Of a stretch of 64,000 bases of DNA, positions 49,449 to 61,654 are shown piece after piece. The DNA is from Octopus bimaculoides (Eukaryota): contig NC_068984.1 of assembly GCF_001194135.2 (NCBI RefSeq), positions 106,569,625 through 106,633,624 on the forward strand. Reading direction: 5' to 3'. Made by a program: the position numbers and the translations under genes. The notes beneath the pieces are model-generated. The model ran no database searches, was not told where the DNA came from, and saw nothing but the letters and a program-made list of their open reading frames with translations. The stretch's first letter is position 1, and every line of letters begins with the position of its first letter.

Positions 49449-49640
49449 GTTGTTGTTGTCGTTGTTGTTGTTGTTATCAACGGCGGGAAAATACAGCCAC
49501 TACTAACATACTTAACATCAGCATTTATTTACCTTGAAGACTGCCACCATCTCCGTTACCCTGATTTCATCTCTATTTCTTCTATTGGTGAAAATAAGCA
49601 GCAAACCATGGCGTAAACAACAACAATATCAATAATAATC

Positions 49641-49820
49641 ATGGTTTCAAATTCTGGCACAAGGCCAGCAATTCCGGGGTTTGGGGTAAATCGATTACAT
49701 CAACCTCAGTATTCAACTGGTTCTTATTTTATCGACTCCGAAAGGATGAAAGGTAGAGCCGACGAAATGCTACTAAGCATTTTGCCTGGTGTGCTAACCA
49801 TCCTGCCAGCTCGCAGCTTT
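49641..49820 (-). mobile_element. SINE family B, internal deletion
   Basis: Reverse-complement match to family B lacking the B-box segment. Confidence 0.85.
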
Positions 49821-49825
49821 AGTAT

Positions 49826-49826
49826 C

Positions 49827-49869
<43 letters not shown>

Positions 49870-49878
49870 GTAATGATG

Positions 49879-49912
<34 letters not shown>

Positions 49913-49933
49913 TANNNNNNNNNNGTAATGATG

Positions 49934-49967
<34 letters not shown>

Positions 49968-49984
49968 TATTAATAATAATGATG

Positions 49985-50069
<85 letters not shown>

Positions 50070-50135
50070 TGAAAATAATAATAATAATAATAATAATTAT
50101 TATTATTATTATTATTATAACAATAATAATAATAT
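49826..50135. repeat. (AAT)n/(GAT)n microsatellite with short gap
   Basis: Direct reading. Confidence 0.96.
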
Positions 50136-50289
50136 GACAAAAAAAAAACAACCAGAAAAATACATAGCAAAAATACCTAAGGACATAGGACATTGAGGGC
50201 ATTAATCGAAGGACGAGATACAACACACAGGTGCAGTGGCCCGAGATCGAAATTTATTTAGATCTAAAATGTTTTATGAACAAGGTGGA

Positions 50290-50640
50290 TATTTTCAATC
50301 TTAATACCGAAACAAATACAACCAGTTCAAAACCAGCGGATAAGAGCATCATTTTGAATATCATAATGAAACCATGAGGCATCCTTGAACCAGTCTGTGC
50401 CGCATGTACGTTTCTTTGCATCTTTGGGAAAGTTGAATGTCTTTCCAAGCACAAATTGTTTTTGTGACATGTAAAATTTCGATCGCACTTCTTGACATGT
50501 TGGAAGAGGTTATTCGTTAATACTTTAACGGATTGCACCTCTGCAACCTCCGATGGTCCTGCATTTTCTTGACATGACGCAGTACTGAAAAAATCTGAAA
50601 TTTTCCTCACTTTTACTTCTCGTAGATTTGGCGTAGTATA
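50290..50640 (-). mobile_element. hAT-like transposase N-terminal remnant (TTF-type zinc-finger region)
   Basis: KVRKISDFF.. then, in another frame, FNFPKDAKKRTCGTDWFKDASWFHYDIQNDAL..CICF. Resembles the FP..R.F...WF...W..Y....D..FC..C pattern. Confidence 0.45.
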
Positions 50641-51116
50641 CAGATGAAAATAAAGGGAAAATGTCAAAAAGTGCAAGTAGATTTTATATTTGAAAAGCAG
50701 GATTTGTCTTAATTATTTTTGATTAATTTATTTAAACTTACGTGTTCAAAATCATTCGTTATCAGACAGAAAGAGTGAATATATTTCCATTTAACAACTT
50801 TAAAATTTATCACACTTTGAAAAAAAATAAAAGCAGTATGATAAACATTTGTGTAGTTCTGAATTGAATTAAACGAGTAATGTACAGTATGTGTAATAAC
50901 GTGAATTATATTTTTGTACATTAAAATGTTTAATTTCGGAGATATTACCAAGCGAAGCAAACGGAAGCAGATAGAAATAGGTAGAGTAGGTTTTCCAAAC
51001 AGTAGAGAAGAAAGGACGGGGGAGGAGAAGGATAGAGAAATGGATAGAAAAGAGAAACACTGTCCATCCGCGTGTGTGGAGTGCCACTGAGTGGGACCAA
51101 AAGGGGTACATGACGT

Positions 51117-51162
<46 letters not shown>

Positions 51163-51177
51163 TAGATAGATAAATAA

Positions 51178-51218
<41 letters not shown>

Positions 51219-51481
51219 CAGATTGCCTGATAGATGGATGGATAGTGAATTTGCCTTTCGACGCTGAAATAAGTCACAAATATATTTTAACTANNNNNNN
51301 NNNNNNNNNNNNNNNNNNNNNNNNNNNNNNNNNNNNNNNNNNNNNNNNNNNNNNNNNNNNNNNNNNNNNNNNNNNNNNNNNNNNNNNNNNNNNNNNNNNN
51401 NNNNNNNNNNNNNNNNNNNNNNNNNNNNNNNNNNNNNNNNNNNNNNNNNNNNNNNNNNNNNNNNNNNNNNNNNNNNNNNNN

Positions 51482-51526
<45 letters not shown>

Positions 51527-51539
51527 TTGGAGATCTATT

Positions 51540-52750
51540 ATAAGATCTCATCCCTATCTGCCAGTAAAGAAATATTCAAGCAACACGCTGAATATTACAA
51601 TGGCGCCCTACAACGAAGGAATAAGACACAAACTATCTCCCGTATTCCAACCTCCTCCTATCCCCAAAAATTTTACCGCAGGAGCAAACCTAATAGGAAC
51701 TCCTCCCATCGTGTGATTTCGGATCCTAAATCTGCCTCCGTCCATCGAAATCGAGCACGCATTTTTATACCTCAAGCTTATACCTGGGTAACCCTGTAAA
51801 CCTGAATAAGCGGACCATGACGCGCGACGTTATCTGGTTCCATCCCACCTTTGTCTTTAATGTTCAGACCAGAGTACCCAAGCTCTTCTTTGCGCTATTT
51901 GAATAATATTTCCCTAAGTCTAGTTCTCTTAGAAGAATCTTCAATCTGCAATCGATTAAATTTTCCTACTCCACCACAACTAAAATTTCTGGTACAGTCT
52001 TATGTCTGCATAATACGAAACTTAGACAGCTAGCAATTACTTAACTTTAATCAGAGTAACACAACTCACCCTAATCTCCATCCCTAACCATAGCGCGTTC
52101 ATAAACCTCCTCACCAATACCGAATCTCACACCACCGACCCTATTTCTTCTACTCCTCCCAATACCCTTAACCAACTTTACAACCCCGCTATACTAACCA
52201 CCGAACTATTAGATACGAGAACTATTTCAAGCGACATCTGCCAGACAACTCTCTCAGCACCTTGAAAAATTCCAATCCTAACGCCGCGGCGGTTAATGAA
52301 TATAACCCCAGGTTATGCCTAGATAATCATAACCCCGTAAATTCCACTCTAGCACCTTCTAGAATAATATGCATCTGTAGGCGTCGCACCTCCTGTCCTT
52401 TAGATAATAGATGCCTCACAAAAAATGTAGTATACAAATGTGCAGTATCAACTGATAATTCCAATTATGTATACATCGGGTCGTGCAGCACTACCTCCAA
52501 TGTCAGAGTTGGTAACCACTATTCTAGCTTCAAATCGCAAGCAAGAACAAGCAGCACTTCTTTATTATGGCTAATTCATAACCTAAAACAAAACAATTCA
52601 GTATAATTTAAAATGGTCTATATTTACCCATGCCAAACCGTATAATGGTTATAACAACAAATGCGATCTATGCATCGCGGAAGTCTTTTCTATTAGCCAA
52701 TCTACCAATTTTCTGAATGAACAGAACCATATAATCTTTAATTGTAAAAC
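51540..52750 (+). mobile_element. Penelope-like (Neptune-type) remnant: linker, Cys-rich segment, GIY-YIG
   Basis: KISSLSASKEIFKQHAEYYNGAL; CICRRRTSCPLDNRCLTKNVVYKCAV..YVYIGS..RVGNHYSSF..STSL; KWSIFTHAKPYNG..KCDLCIAE. Confidence 0.75.
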
Positions 52751-52779
52751 TGGGGCCGAAACCTGCTGTACTGAGGACT

Positions 52780-53180
52780 GGGTAACTCTATCAAAAGTTT
52801 TCGATTGACCAAAATGGACCAGAACGGCATCAAAGCCAGATTTATTACACATGTTATTGCTTTCAAGGAGATTAGGAGGTTGGATCTTATCGAATGCGCC
52901 ACATTGTTTGCGTCCTTCAAGAGCAGCATGTCACGCCCTAGATAATTCAACTGGAAATGTTTCCAGTCTGTTGAACTTTGTGGTAGACTTATAGTATCTA
53001 TACAGCGTGTACAGTAAATCATTCAAAGCAGGCGAAGTCCTTTTCTTACATACAATTGCTTTTGACTGTGTGAAAATTTCTGTTATTTGATTTTTCGTAC
53101 AGCATCTCTGCCGGAAGCACAGGCAGTCTGTGGAGGTAGGCATTAAATTCCATCGTATGTAACTACGTTCAAACAGTTGC
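52780..53180 (+). mobile_element. Possible very old CR1/L2-like RT remnant
   Basis: Fragmentary SKVFD, KMDQNGI and a GVPQGS-like stretch need frameshifts to assemble; weak. Confidence 0.2.
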
Positions 53181-53434
53181 ACAAACATCAACTGGAAAAT
53201 CATATAACTTCCGGAAATCAAATGTGTCCCTCTATCGCCCGTATAAGACTTAATGGTAGATTTTTTACCAAGTAGCGTCTTAAAAGAGTTTTTGTGCTCT
53301 CATGTCTAACAACACATGTCATAGCTATGAGAACATAATTTTCATCTTATACGTTGAAGAAAAAATTAAGCGTCATTTTGTCCGTTAGTATTCCAGTCTT
53401 AATGTCCTTTCAAATGTTTTTTTCTTTAATTCAG

Positions 53435-53886
53435 TGGCCCTCAACGGACGCATTGCAAACAGTAGATAATTGCGCCGAAGATCTAAAATTATACTATAAT
53501 TCAAGGTAGTATAAAATTTATATTTACGCTTCAGTGTTTTGAAAACCTATACACATAATGTTCGCGTGTTTAACACACGTAGTAAATTAAACATACAGTT
53601 GTTAAGCCGTCTTTTTGATTCGGTGATTGTCCCTTCTGAATATATAACTCTGTGCCTTCAATCACAAACATTCTTTCCCCTTCCAGTTCTTTCTATTTCT
53701 TCCTCTTATTTATTTTTCTTCTCTCCATTACTTTGCTTCATTTTTTTCCATTTTACTTTCATACCCACCTCTCTAATAAAACTTATTGTACAGGCTACGG
53801 CTAAAATATATCAGTTTCACCGAACTTCATAAAAGTTTCAACAGCAAGCACACGTTGTGTACCGATTCAAGTCATGATGATAAATA
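53435..53886 (+). other. Candidate exon pair 53435-53505 and 53794 onward
   Basis: ttttttctttaattcag acceptor, aag|gtagta donor, ttattgtacag acceptor. Phase-consistent open frame WPSTDALQTVDNCAEDLKLYYNSR|LRLKYISFTELHKSFNSKH..*. Confidence 0.25.
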
Positions 53887-54569
53887 AAAACAAAAAGAAG
53901 AATTCTTCTTTTTGTAGAATCCTTCTTCTACAAACGGTAAAGCATTTACCGTTATTGTTTGGAACAATGCACATCGTGCGTTTGTTGTTGATGCAGTTAT
54001 TAAGGATGGTAAAGTTGAGGTTTAGGCATTTTAATATATTTCGATACGTATCGTGCAGCAAAATATACCCTTTTCATCATGTACTACTATTCTCCTGTAC
54101 TTTCATATCTCTGATATATTATTCTTTATCTTTATATTGTATGTTTTCTCTTGTCTCTCTCCTCTAACTCTTTCCTCTCTCTATCTCCTTTTCTTTTATA
54201 ATCATCCTTTCTCTCTGTCTACATTCTGTTTTTTTCTTTGAATTTATCTTTCCCATACGCGATGTTTTGTTCAACCGCCCAATTTATATTTACACTTAAA
54301 TGTTAAAATTTTAATATTCATAAGGCAAGCTTTAAGCATATCTACGATTTTCAAAACTGAAATTATAAATAAAGATTTGAGTTCTTATAAATAGCTCAGA
54401 ATAAACAACTGTAAAAATTATTACGATCATCAACTCTATGTACTAAGTATTTTCCCATTAGCTTTCTGTATAGTGATGCACATGGATATATATTCATAGA
54501 TGCATGCACATATACACACAAATATGTTAGCACATACATACTTACATGTGTGTGTGTGTGTGTGTGGGT

Positions 54570-54722
54570 GTGTATACGACGGGCTTTTTAGTTTCCGTCT
54601 ACCAAATCTACTCACAAGGCTTTAGTAGGCCCGACGCTATAGTAGAAGACATTTGCCCAAGGTACCACGCAGTAGGACTAAACCTGGAACCAGGTAGCTG
54701 GGAAGCAAGCTTCTTCCCACAC
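54570..54722 (-). mobile_element. SINE family A 5' half
   Basis: Reverse-complement match to 42361-42510. Confidence 0.85.
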
Positions 54723-54789
54723 ATATGTATATATGACGATGGACACTCCCATCAGTTTCGACATATGAGAATCCTTCAACCTTCTCTTT

Positions 54790-55070
54790 GTTTGTCAGTC
54801 ATAATGCTTATGTCGAATGTGACATTTAAGTCCCACCAATGATTTGCAAAGAAGGCCACAGATGCTGCAAATATGAGGATTACAGGTCAGTGCAGGTAGT
54901 ATAATTGCAGCTGCAAAGCCTGTTAATGCTGCTTGCAACAAAGTTTCTAATACTATTTTGTCACAACGATCTCTCTTTTGTTCGTTCCAAGGCTGTTCAC
55001 TCAAAAGTGTTGTGAGCTATCTTCATTGCTAAAAGGTTACTCTTCAGCTTGTCCTTATATCAAGCTGGCT
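54790..55070 (-). mobile_element. RTE-clade LINE C-terminal remnant
   Basis: RYKDKLK at about 55045-55065; HICSICGLLCKSLVGLKCHIRHKH zinc finger in ORF 54795..55004. Confidence 0.7.
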
Positions 55071-55379
55071 GTGCATGAGTACTTTGGGTATTTTTTCATC
55101 ACTCATTCATGTGTGCGTGTGTGTGTGCGCGTGTGTGTATGTGTGTGTGTGTGTGTGTTTGTGTGCCTGTGTGTCTGTGTGTGTATATGTGTGTGCATAC
55201 TAGACCAAAACGTACATGACAATTGGAGCTTGTATTTTAAAACATTATCTTTCAATGCATTTGCAGTACCATGACTGATACTAATATTTGGGATACTGCA
55301 TTGGTCAAAAGAGAAAATCCACCACATAGAAAAGAAAATCCGCAAGACATCAATTTCAAATCTCCAAAGAAACATTGAT

Positions 55380-56570
55380 ATTGACATGGTTTACCAGAAA
55401 ATAAAGAGCTGATTGCTATCTGGTATCACTCAGATAATATCTAGGAAACAACAACAGCTAAAATAAATACATCATCCAAGTAACCAAAAATGAAATGAAT
55501 AGCATGCTGCGGGCCTGTTGTGAACTCCTCAAGAAACACTTTCTGATGACCTCCCATTTGAACCCAGAAATGCAGAGCTCCCATATCTCAACAGGGACCT
55601 CGACTAAAAGTTTTGCATGGGTATGTTTCCGTAAACTAGGAAAAGATGGTAATATTGATTTCAAATTTTGGCACAAGGCCAGCAATTTCGGGGGAGAGAG
55701 AAAGTCGATTCCATCAACCCCAGTGTTCACATGTAACTTACTTATCGACTCCAAATAATGAAAGGTAAAGTCGACTTCAGCGAAATTTGAACTCAGAACG
55801 TATGGACGGTCGAAATACCACGAAGTATTTTGCTCGGCGTGCTAACGATTCTGTCAGCTCGCTACCCTAAAAGGATGGTGATATTAACATGAAATGCAAC
55901 CTCCCTTGGATTCGTGACCATTGCATCACGTCACATCTCGAAGGTTAAGTTTTTCCAGTACAGGAGCAGGTGATAACTACGAAATAACTAATAAATAAGA
56001 GAGAGAAAACCCTTAAATACCCACAATGCAGTCATAAAAGTTGATAATGTCTTTCTTTACTAGTGGGAATAGTATTCTTCTAGCATCTGCCCAAATATTA
56101 TCAGGATAATACATCATACTGCGATATGATGTTGCTGAAATAATATAGGGACCCATCCGGTCGGTCTCAAGATAAATATAGACAACACCTCTCTTATTAA
56201 CGCAAGAAATATTGGTGGAATATTCTCATGAACACCTGTACCTATCAAACATAAAAGACTTGATTTAGCTGTTTGGGACTGATAAAAAAACAACTGTGTA
56301 TTGTCAGAAAAGTCAACTATCCATCAGATATGAACAACCCTTCTCAAATCACAAAGAAGAAAAGTTTTGGACATGATTCGATACCTAAAGTTCTACTCTG
56401 ATTATAAATTCAAATTTATAATATTAATTATTAGTGCGCTTGGTTGTGTTAGGAAAATTCTAAGTGACAGCCTGGAAAAGCTTGGAGTTTAAAGCAAAGA
56501 AAAATATTGGTTGACACGTGCTCCGAATTTAAAAACTCTAAATGGAACTGTAAAATTTGCAAGTTCCTTA
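55380..56570 (+). mobile_element. Decayed RLE-type LINE 3' half (second lineage), interrupted by a SINE
   Basis: RKLGKDGNID | KDGDINMKCNLPWIRDHCITSHLEG*VFPVQEQVITTK*L, LRYDVAE, DLAVWD, FYSDYKFKFIILIISALGCV..NGTVK. Paralogous to 1841-2132. Confidence 0.7.
55657..55868 (-). mobile_element. SINE family B with probable target-site duplication
   Basis: Match to family B; flanked by aaaagatggtaatatt (55641-55656) and aaaaggatggtgatatt (from 55869). Confidence 0.88.
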
Positions 56571-56647
56571 TGTAACTATTATTAATGATGCTATCCAAAT
56601 TTCATTTCAATATTTGCTTTGTCTCTATTTTTCTAGAAATAATTCTA

Positions 56648-56649
<2 letters not shown>

Positions 56650-56717
<68 letters not shown>

Positions 56718-57239
56718 ATATGTATGTATGGTGTCTGCTTGCTCCTTATAGAGCTTGATATCTTCGTGTATCTATAATTGCTCTTCCATAGTTTGACATC
56801 TTAAATGACATTTGAGCCTTGAAAGGCGTTTGTTGAGATGATCACAACTACTGCAGCAGTGTTTCCTTTTAGCATTGGCTCCATTTTCCGCTTGTTTATT
56901 ATGAATGTTCAAGAGCTTCTTGAACGGTAGTGCGATTTCATATCAGCATGAGGTATGCATACTTCTGTGCAAGAAAATTTTAAGCAAGAATGATAAACTC
57001 CCGTAGCGCTATGGATATTAATCTCGCGTTTACGAAATTTCACTTCAGCCTGCTCAATACTCTCAAGTTCAAAATCTTTAACATCGCTCAAAATCGTAAT
57101 ATTTTACGCCTGTGTGTGTGTGTATGAGTATGTGTGTGTGTGAGTGTGTGCGTGCGTGCGTGTGTGTGTGTATGTGTATGCGTCTATACATTTATATGTA
57201 CAAAGACATACATGCACACACACACACGCACACACGCAC

Positions 57240-57292
<53 letters not shown>

Positions 57293-57300
57293 CATACATC
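56650..57300. repeat. (TG)n at about 56650-56712 and (TG)/(CA)n at about 57105-57300
   Basis: Direct reading. Confidence 0.9.
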
Positions 57301-57547
57301 ACCTTTTCATTCCACTGTTGGATTCACAGGCCTGTTAGTCGATTTCCAAGACATATAAGTAACCGAGATCAGAATATTCCTTCATGAGACGCCCCTTTTT
57401 GTATCATCTCACTGTCTGGTTGTGTTGCGTTTTTGTTCCATTTTTGTATTTTTTTATATAGTATATAGCGGCGTACATACACTTTGGCCTGTTATATGTA
57501 AGTATAAATATAAATATATTTATATATAAATTTTGTACGCCTCTATT

Positions 57548-57909
57548 GTGGAGGCGCAATGGCCCAGTGGCCCGGTCATAGGATCGCGGTTTCGATTCCC
57601 AGCCCGGGCGTTGTGAGTGTTTATTGAGCGAAAACACCTAAAGCTCCACGAGGCTCCGGCAGCGGATGGTGGCGAACTCTGCTGTACTCTTTCACCACAA
57701 CCTTTTCTCACTCTTACTTCATGTTTCTGTTGTGCCTGTAATTCAAAGGCCAGCCTTGTCACACTGTGTCACGCTGAATATCCCCGAGAACTACGTTATG
57801 GGTACACGTGTCTGTGGAGTGCTCAGCCACGCTATTTTCACGAGCAGGCTCTTCCGTTGATCGGATCAACTGGAACCCTCGCCGTCATAAGCGACGGAGT
57901 GCCAACAAC
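57548..57909 (+). mobile_element. SINE family C (tRNA-like head, about 360 bp)
   Basis: A-box tggcccagtgg, B-box ggtttcgattcc; second copy at 60077-60255; ends gacggagtgccaacaac. Confidence 0.88.
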
Positions 57910-58902
57910 GACTCTATTATCCGTTCATTACTTCATTCATTCTTTCCTCCTTTTTATCAGCCCATTCACACTTCATTCATTCCACTCTTCGTTCTTTCGT
58001 TCCCCCTCTCTCACGTTTCCCGGTCTTCTCTTCATGCTCTTTTCCCTCCTCTTTCATTTCACTGTGTCTCTTTCATCTTTTTTTGCTCCTCCTTAATTCT
58101 TCTATCCCTCTGCCTCCATCTCTCTCTTTCATCTCACCCCACGTGACCGGTGTTCGGCCAAGCCTCACCTTTCTTTCTTGGTTCGGCTACCGTTCGTGCA
58201 ATATCTATATTCCTTCCTGTGCCTGTTAAATCTTATGCCCCTGCTGTAAGGCTTTACTTCCACACACGCCAGCTTAATTTAATTCGTCCTTAGTCGAAAG
58301 ACATTTGTTGTTATATCCTGTTAATTGCATTTGTATTTGTGTAACATTTCTCTGATTTTTACATCTTTGTTTTCGTATACATTCGCTGCTTTATTCCTAG
58401 AAATCTAATGCTCTTAGCTTAGTTTTTCCTTGGGGCTGACCAGATTGGAGCAATCTCGAGTAAAACCAGCCGGAATTGCAAAGATAATCTGGAACTCGAC
58501 TGGGGCACTGGTACAGGACTTCCAGGATTTTAAGGATTATGGAACATTTATGAGCAAGAATAATTTCCAGATCTATTCTGACCTGTTAGGGTCCCAGCTA
58601 TAGGGTTACTAGCATGTGAACTAATGACAGTGAAAAAAACACTGCTTCTCGCCAGAATTCCTCTCTCGGAGGAGATAAACACGTATAGAAGAAATCTGAA
58701 GTGCAGTTCGTTTATTGTCGCCTCCTCCTCTGTTGTGCCACTGGTTTAATAGCAGATTCCGCTGTAAAGTGTATTCAGTACAGAGCAATATATTACACTT
58801 TCAAAGTAAAATCCTGCAGAGGAACTTCTTAGACTTTTGGAACGTCTGCATGGCCTTACTGAGTTTAGGAATCGGTCATACTCAATCACGAGTTGACTTC
58901 CA

Positions 58903-58963
<61 letters not shown>

Positions 58964-59442
58964 CATATGTATATATATATGTATATAAATATANNNNNNN
59001 NNNNNNNNNNNNNNNNNNNNNNNNNNNNNNNNNNNNNNNNNNNNNNNNNNNNNNNNNNNNNNNNNNNNNNNNNNNNNNNNNNNNNNNNNNNNNNNNNNNN
59101 NNNNNNNNNNNNNNNNNNNNNNNNNNNNNNNNNNNNNNNNNNNNNNNNNNNNNNNNNNNNNNNNNNNNNNNNNNNNNNNNNNNNNNNNNNNNNNNNNNNN
59201 NNNNNNNNNNNNNNNNNNNNNNNNNNNNNNNNNNNNNNNNNNNNNNNNNNNNNNNNNNNNNNNNNNNNNNNNNNNNNNNNNNNNNNNNNNNNNNNNNNNN
59301 NNNNNNNNNNNNNNNNNNNNNNNNNNNNNNNNNNNNNNNNNNNNNNNNNNNNNNNNNNNNNNNNNNNNNNNNNNNNNNNNNNNNNNNNNNNNNNNNNATA
59401 TATATATATGTATGTGTGTGTGTGTGTGTGTGTGTGCGCGTG

Positions 59443-59476
<34 letters not shown>

Positions 59477-59876
59477 CACACACATATATATATATACCAT
59501 AATTATTGAGGAGGTATGAGAAATAAATATATTAAGTTAACCACTTCGCATCCTTATTATTATGCCCGATTCGCGCACATTTTTCATGTAGTAATAATTT
59601 CAGTGTATAATAATCAAGAAGGCTTCGGAACGGCTGTAATCCAGAGGATTTCAGTTGGTTAAATAAATATATTCATCTTACATACCTCCTGGCATCTTGT
59701 GTTTTACATACTCCTCATGAAATAATTTGAAAGATCGGATCTTCTGGATATTAGTTGCATGGGCACTCTATATTACACTTATCTGTATTGGATTCCTATG
59801 TGAACTGTTAGTTGAATCCGTAGGAGGAGCATTCTGTGATTACCACCAATTTTCTGAATCAATAACTTACACTACA

Positions 59877-59917
<41 letters not shown>

Positions 59918-60076
59918 ACAGACGTAACTTACAGTACATAACTCATGACACATTACACATGTATGTAAAGTAACAGTGTCCCCAGTTACCCACAAGACTC
60001 TCACTGAACTTAAAATGCATATCTAATTATATATTTGCACATACGTACATAAATATATACCTATATACATATTAAT

Positions 60077-60255
60077 GTGGAGGCGCAATGGCCCAGTGTT
60101 TAGGGCAGCGGACTCGCCGTCGGAGGATCGCAATTTCGATTCCCAGAACGAGCGTTGTGAGTGTTTATTGAGCGAAAACACCAAAGCTCCACGAGGCTCC
60201 GGCAGTGGGTGGTAGCGACCCCTGTTGTACTCTTTCGCCCCAACTTTCTCTCACT
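60077..60255 (+). mobile_element. SINE family C, 5' part (cut by gap)
   Basis: Aligns with 57548-57715. Confidence 0.88.
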
Positions 60256-61654
60256 NNNNNNNNNNNNNNNNNNNNNNNNNNNNNNNNNNNNNNNNNNNNN
60301 NNNNNNNNNNNNNNNNNNNNNNNNNNNNNNNNNNNNNNNNNNNNNNNNNNNNNNNNNNNNNNNNNNNNNNNNNNNNNNNNNNNNNNNNNNNNNNNNNNNN
60401 NNNNNNNNNNNNNNNNNNNNNNNNNNNNNNNNNNNNNNNNNNNNNNNNNNNNNNNNNNNNNNNNNNNNNNNNNNNNNNNNNNNNNNNNNNNNNNNNNNNN
60501 NNNNNNNNNNNNNNNNNNNNNNNNNNNNNNNNNNNNNNNNNNNNNNNNNNNNNNNNNNNNNNNNNNNNNNNNNNNNNNNNNNNNNNNNNNNNNNNNNNNN
60601 NNNNNNNNNNNNNNNNNNNNNNNNNNNNNNNNNNNNNNNNNNNNNNNNNNNNNGTTAAAGTAATTTGAATAGGGAACGAGCAGAGGAACTGAAAGGAAGA
60701 GGAACTGAGAGAGAGAGAGAGAGAGAGAGAGGAGGGGTAGTTAGAGAGATACATGTAAGAGAAAAGGAGTGAAAAAGAACAGAGTTGAGATTTAACACAA
60801 AGAGAGAGGTGCAATAAAGAATATAAAATCATAACAAAGTTCGTCACTTTACCGCATCTTTAGGTACCTTATTTTCTAACATTTATTTTTATCTGTTTGA
60901 CTGAAGTGGTTTTGAACTGTATTTTACTCTATGAAATTATTTCTCACAACAACATAATAGATTGCAAAGATCTTACATACATACATACATACATATGCGC
61001 GTGTGTGTATGAATATATTTGTATGTCTGTATTCATATATGTATTTATGTATCAGCTTCTCTATATACATATGTGAGTGCGTCAGTACAAGTGAGCTTGT
61101 ATGTAAATGTAATTGCATATGTAAAGTCTAAGCGGGAGTCAAGGTGAAACTAAAGTTTCACTCATGTCAGTTATATTTACAAGTAATTTTTGAAGGTATA
61201 ATACATAGATATGAAAGTATAATAATATAAGTAAAGTATACTATATATATATATTCTTTTATTGATTTAGTCTTTGGCCAGTTATTGAATGTCGGCGATG
61301 CTGGACAACATATTCAAGGATTTAGTCAAGCGTCGAACTGCTGTGTATGGGACATCAACCACATAACTGATTTTCAACATAAATGTTGATTTTCTGCGAG
61401 CTAAATTAAACTCAGAGAATTAATCGCTTCGGATGTAGAGTAAAATCTCTTACCCAAGGTAGAAGACGAAACTAAGGTCCACATGATTGAAGAGAGAAAT
61501 TTGTAACCATACAGCCAAGCCTGTGCGTGTATTAAAGATACGTTTGTTTTTGACAATGCACAGATAAGGACAGCTAAGATATTTTTCTCACTGGGAATGT
61601 CGCTTTAAGTCTGACCATGTGAATTTTAATCTGATATGAAAATACGGATTAATA

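Noticed and set aside
55875-55943. Exon-like MKCNLPWIRDHCITSHLE ending at gaag|gttaagt
   Set aside because: It is part of the RLE LINE frame that continues on both sides of the SINE.
57548-57620. tRNA genes at tRNA-like heads (also 39902, 40600, 60077)
   Set aside because: They continue into repeated SINE bodies and lack complete cloverleafs.
58130-58620. Possible LTR-like or other interspersed repeat
   Set aside because: It looks repeat-like but has no second copy, termini or coding motif in this window.
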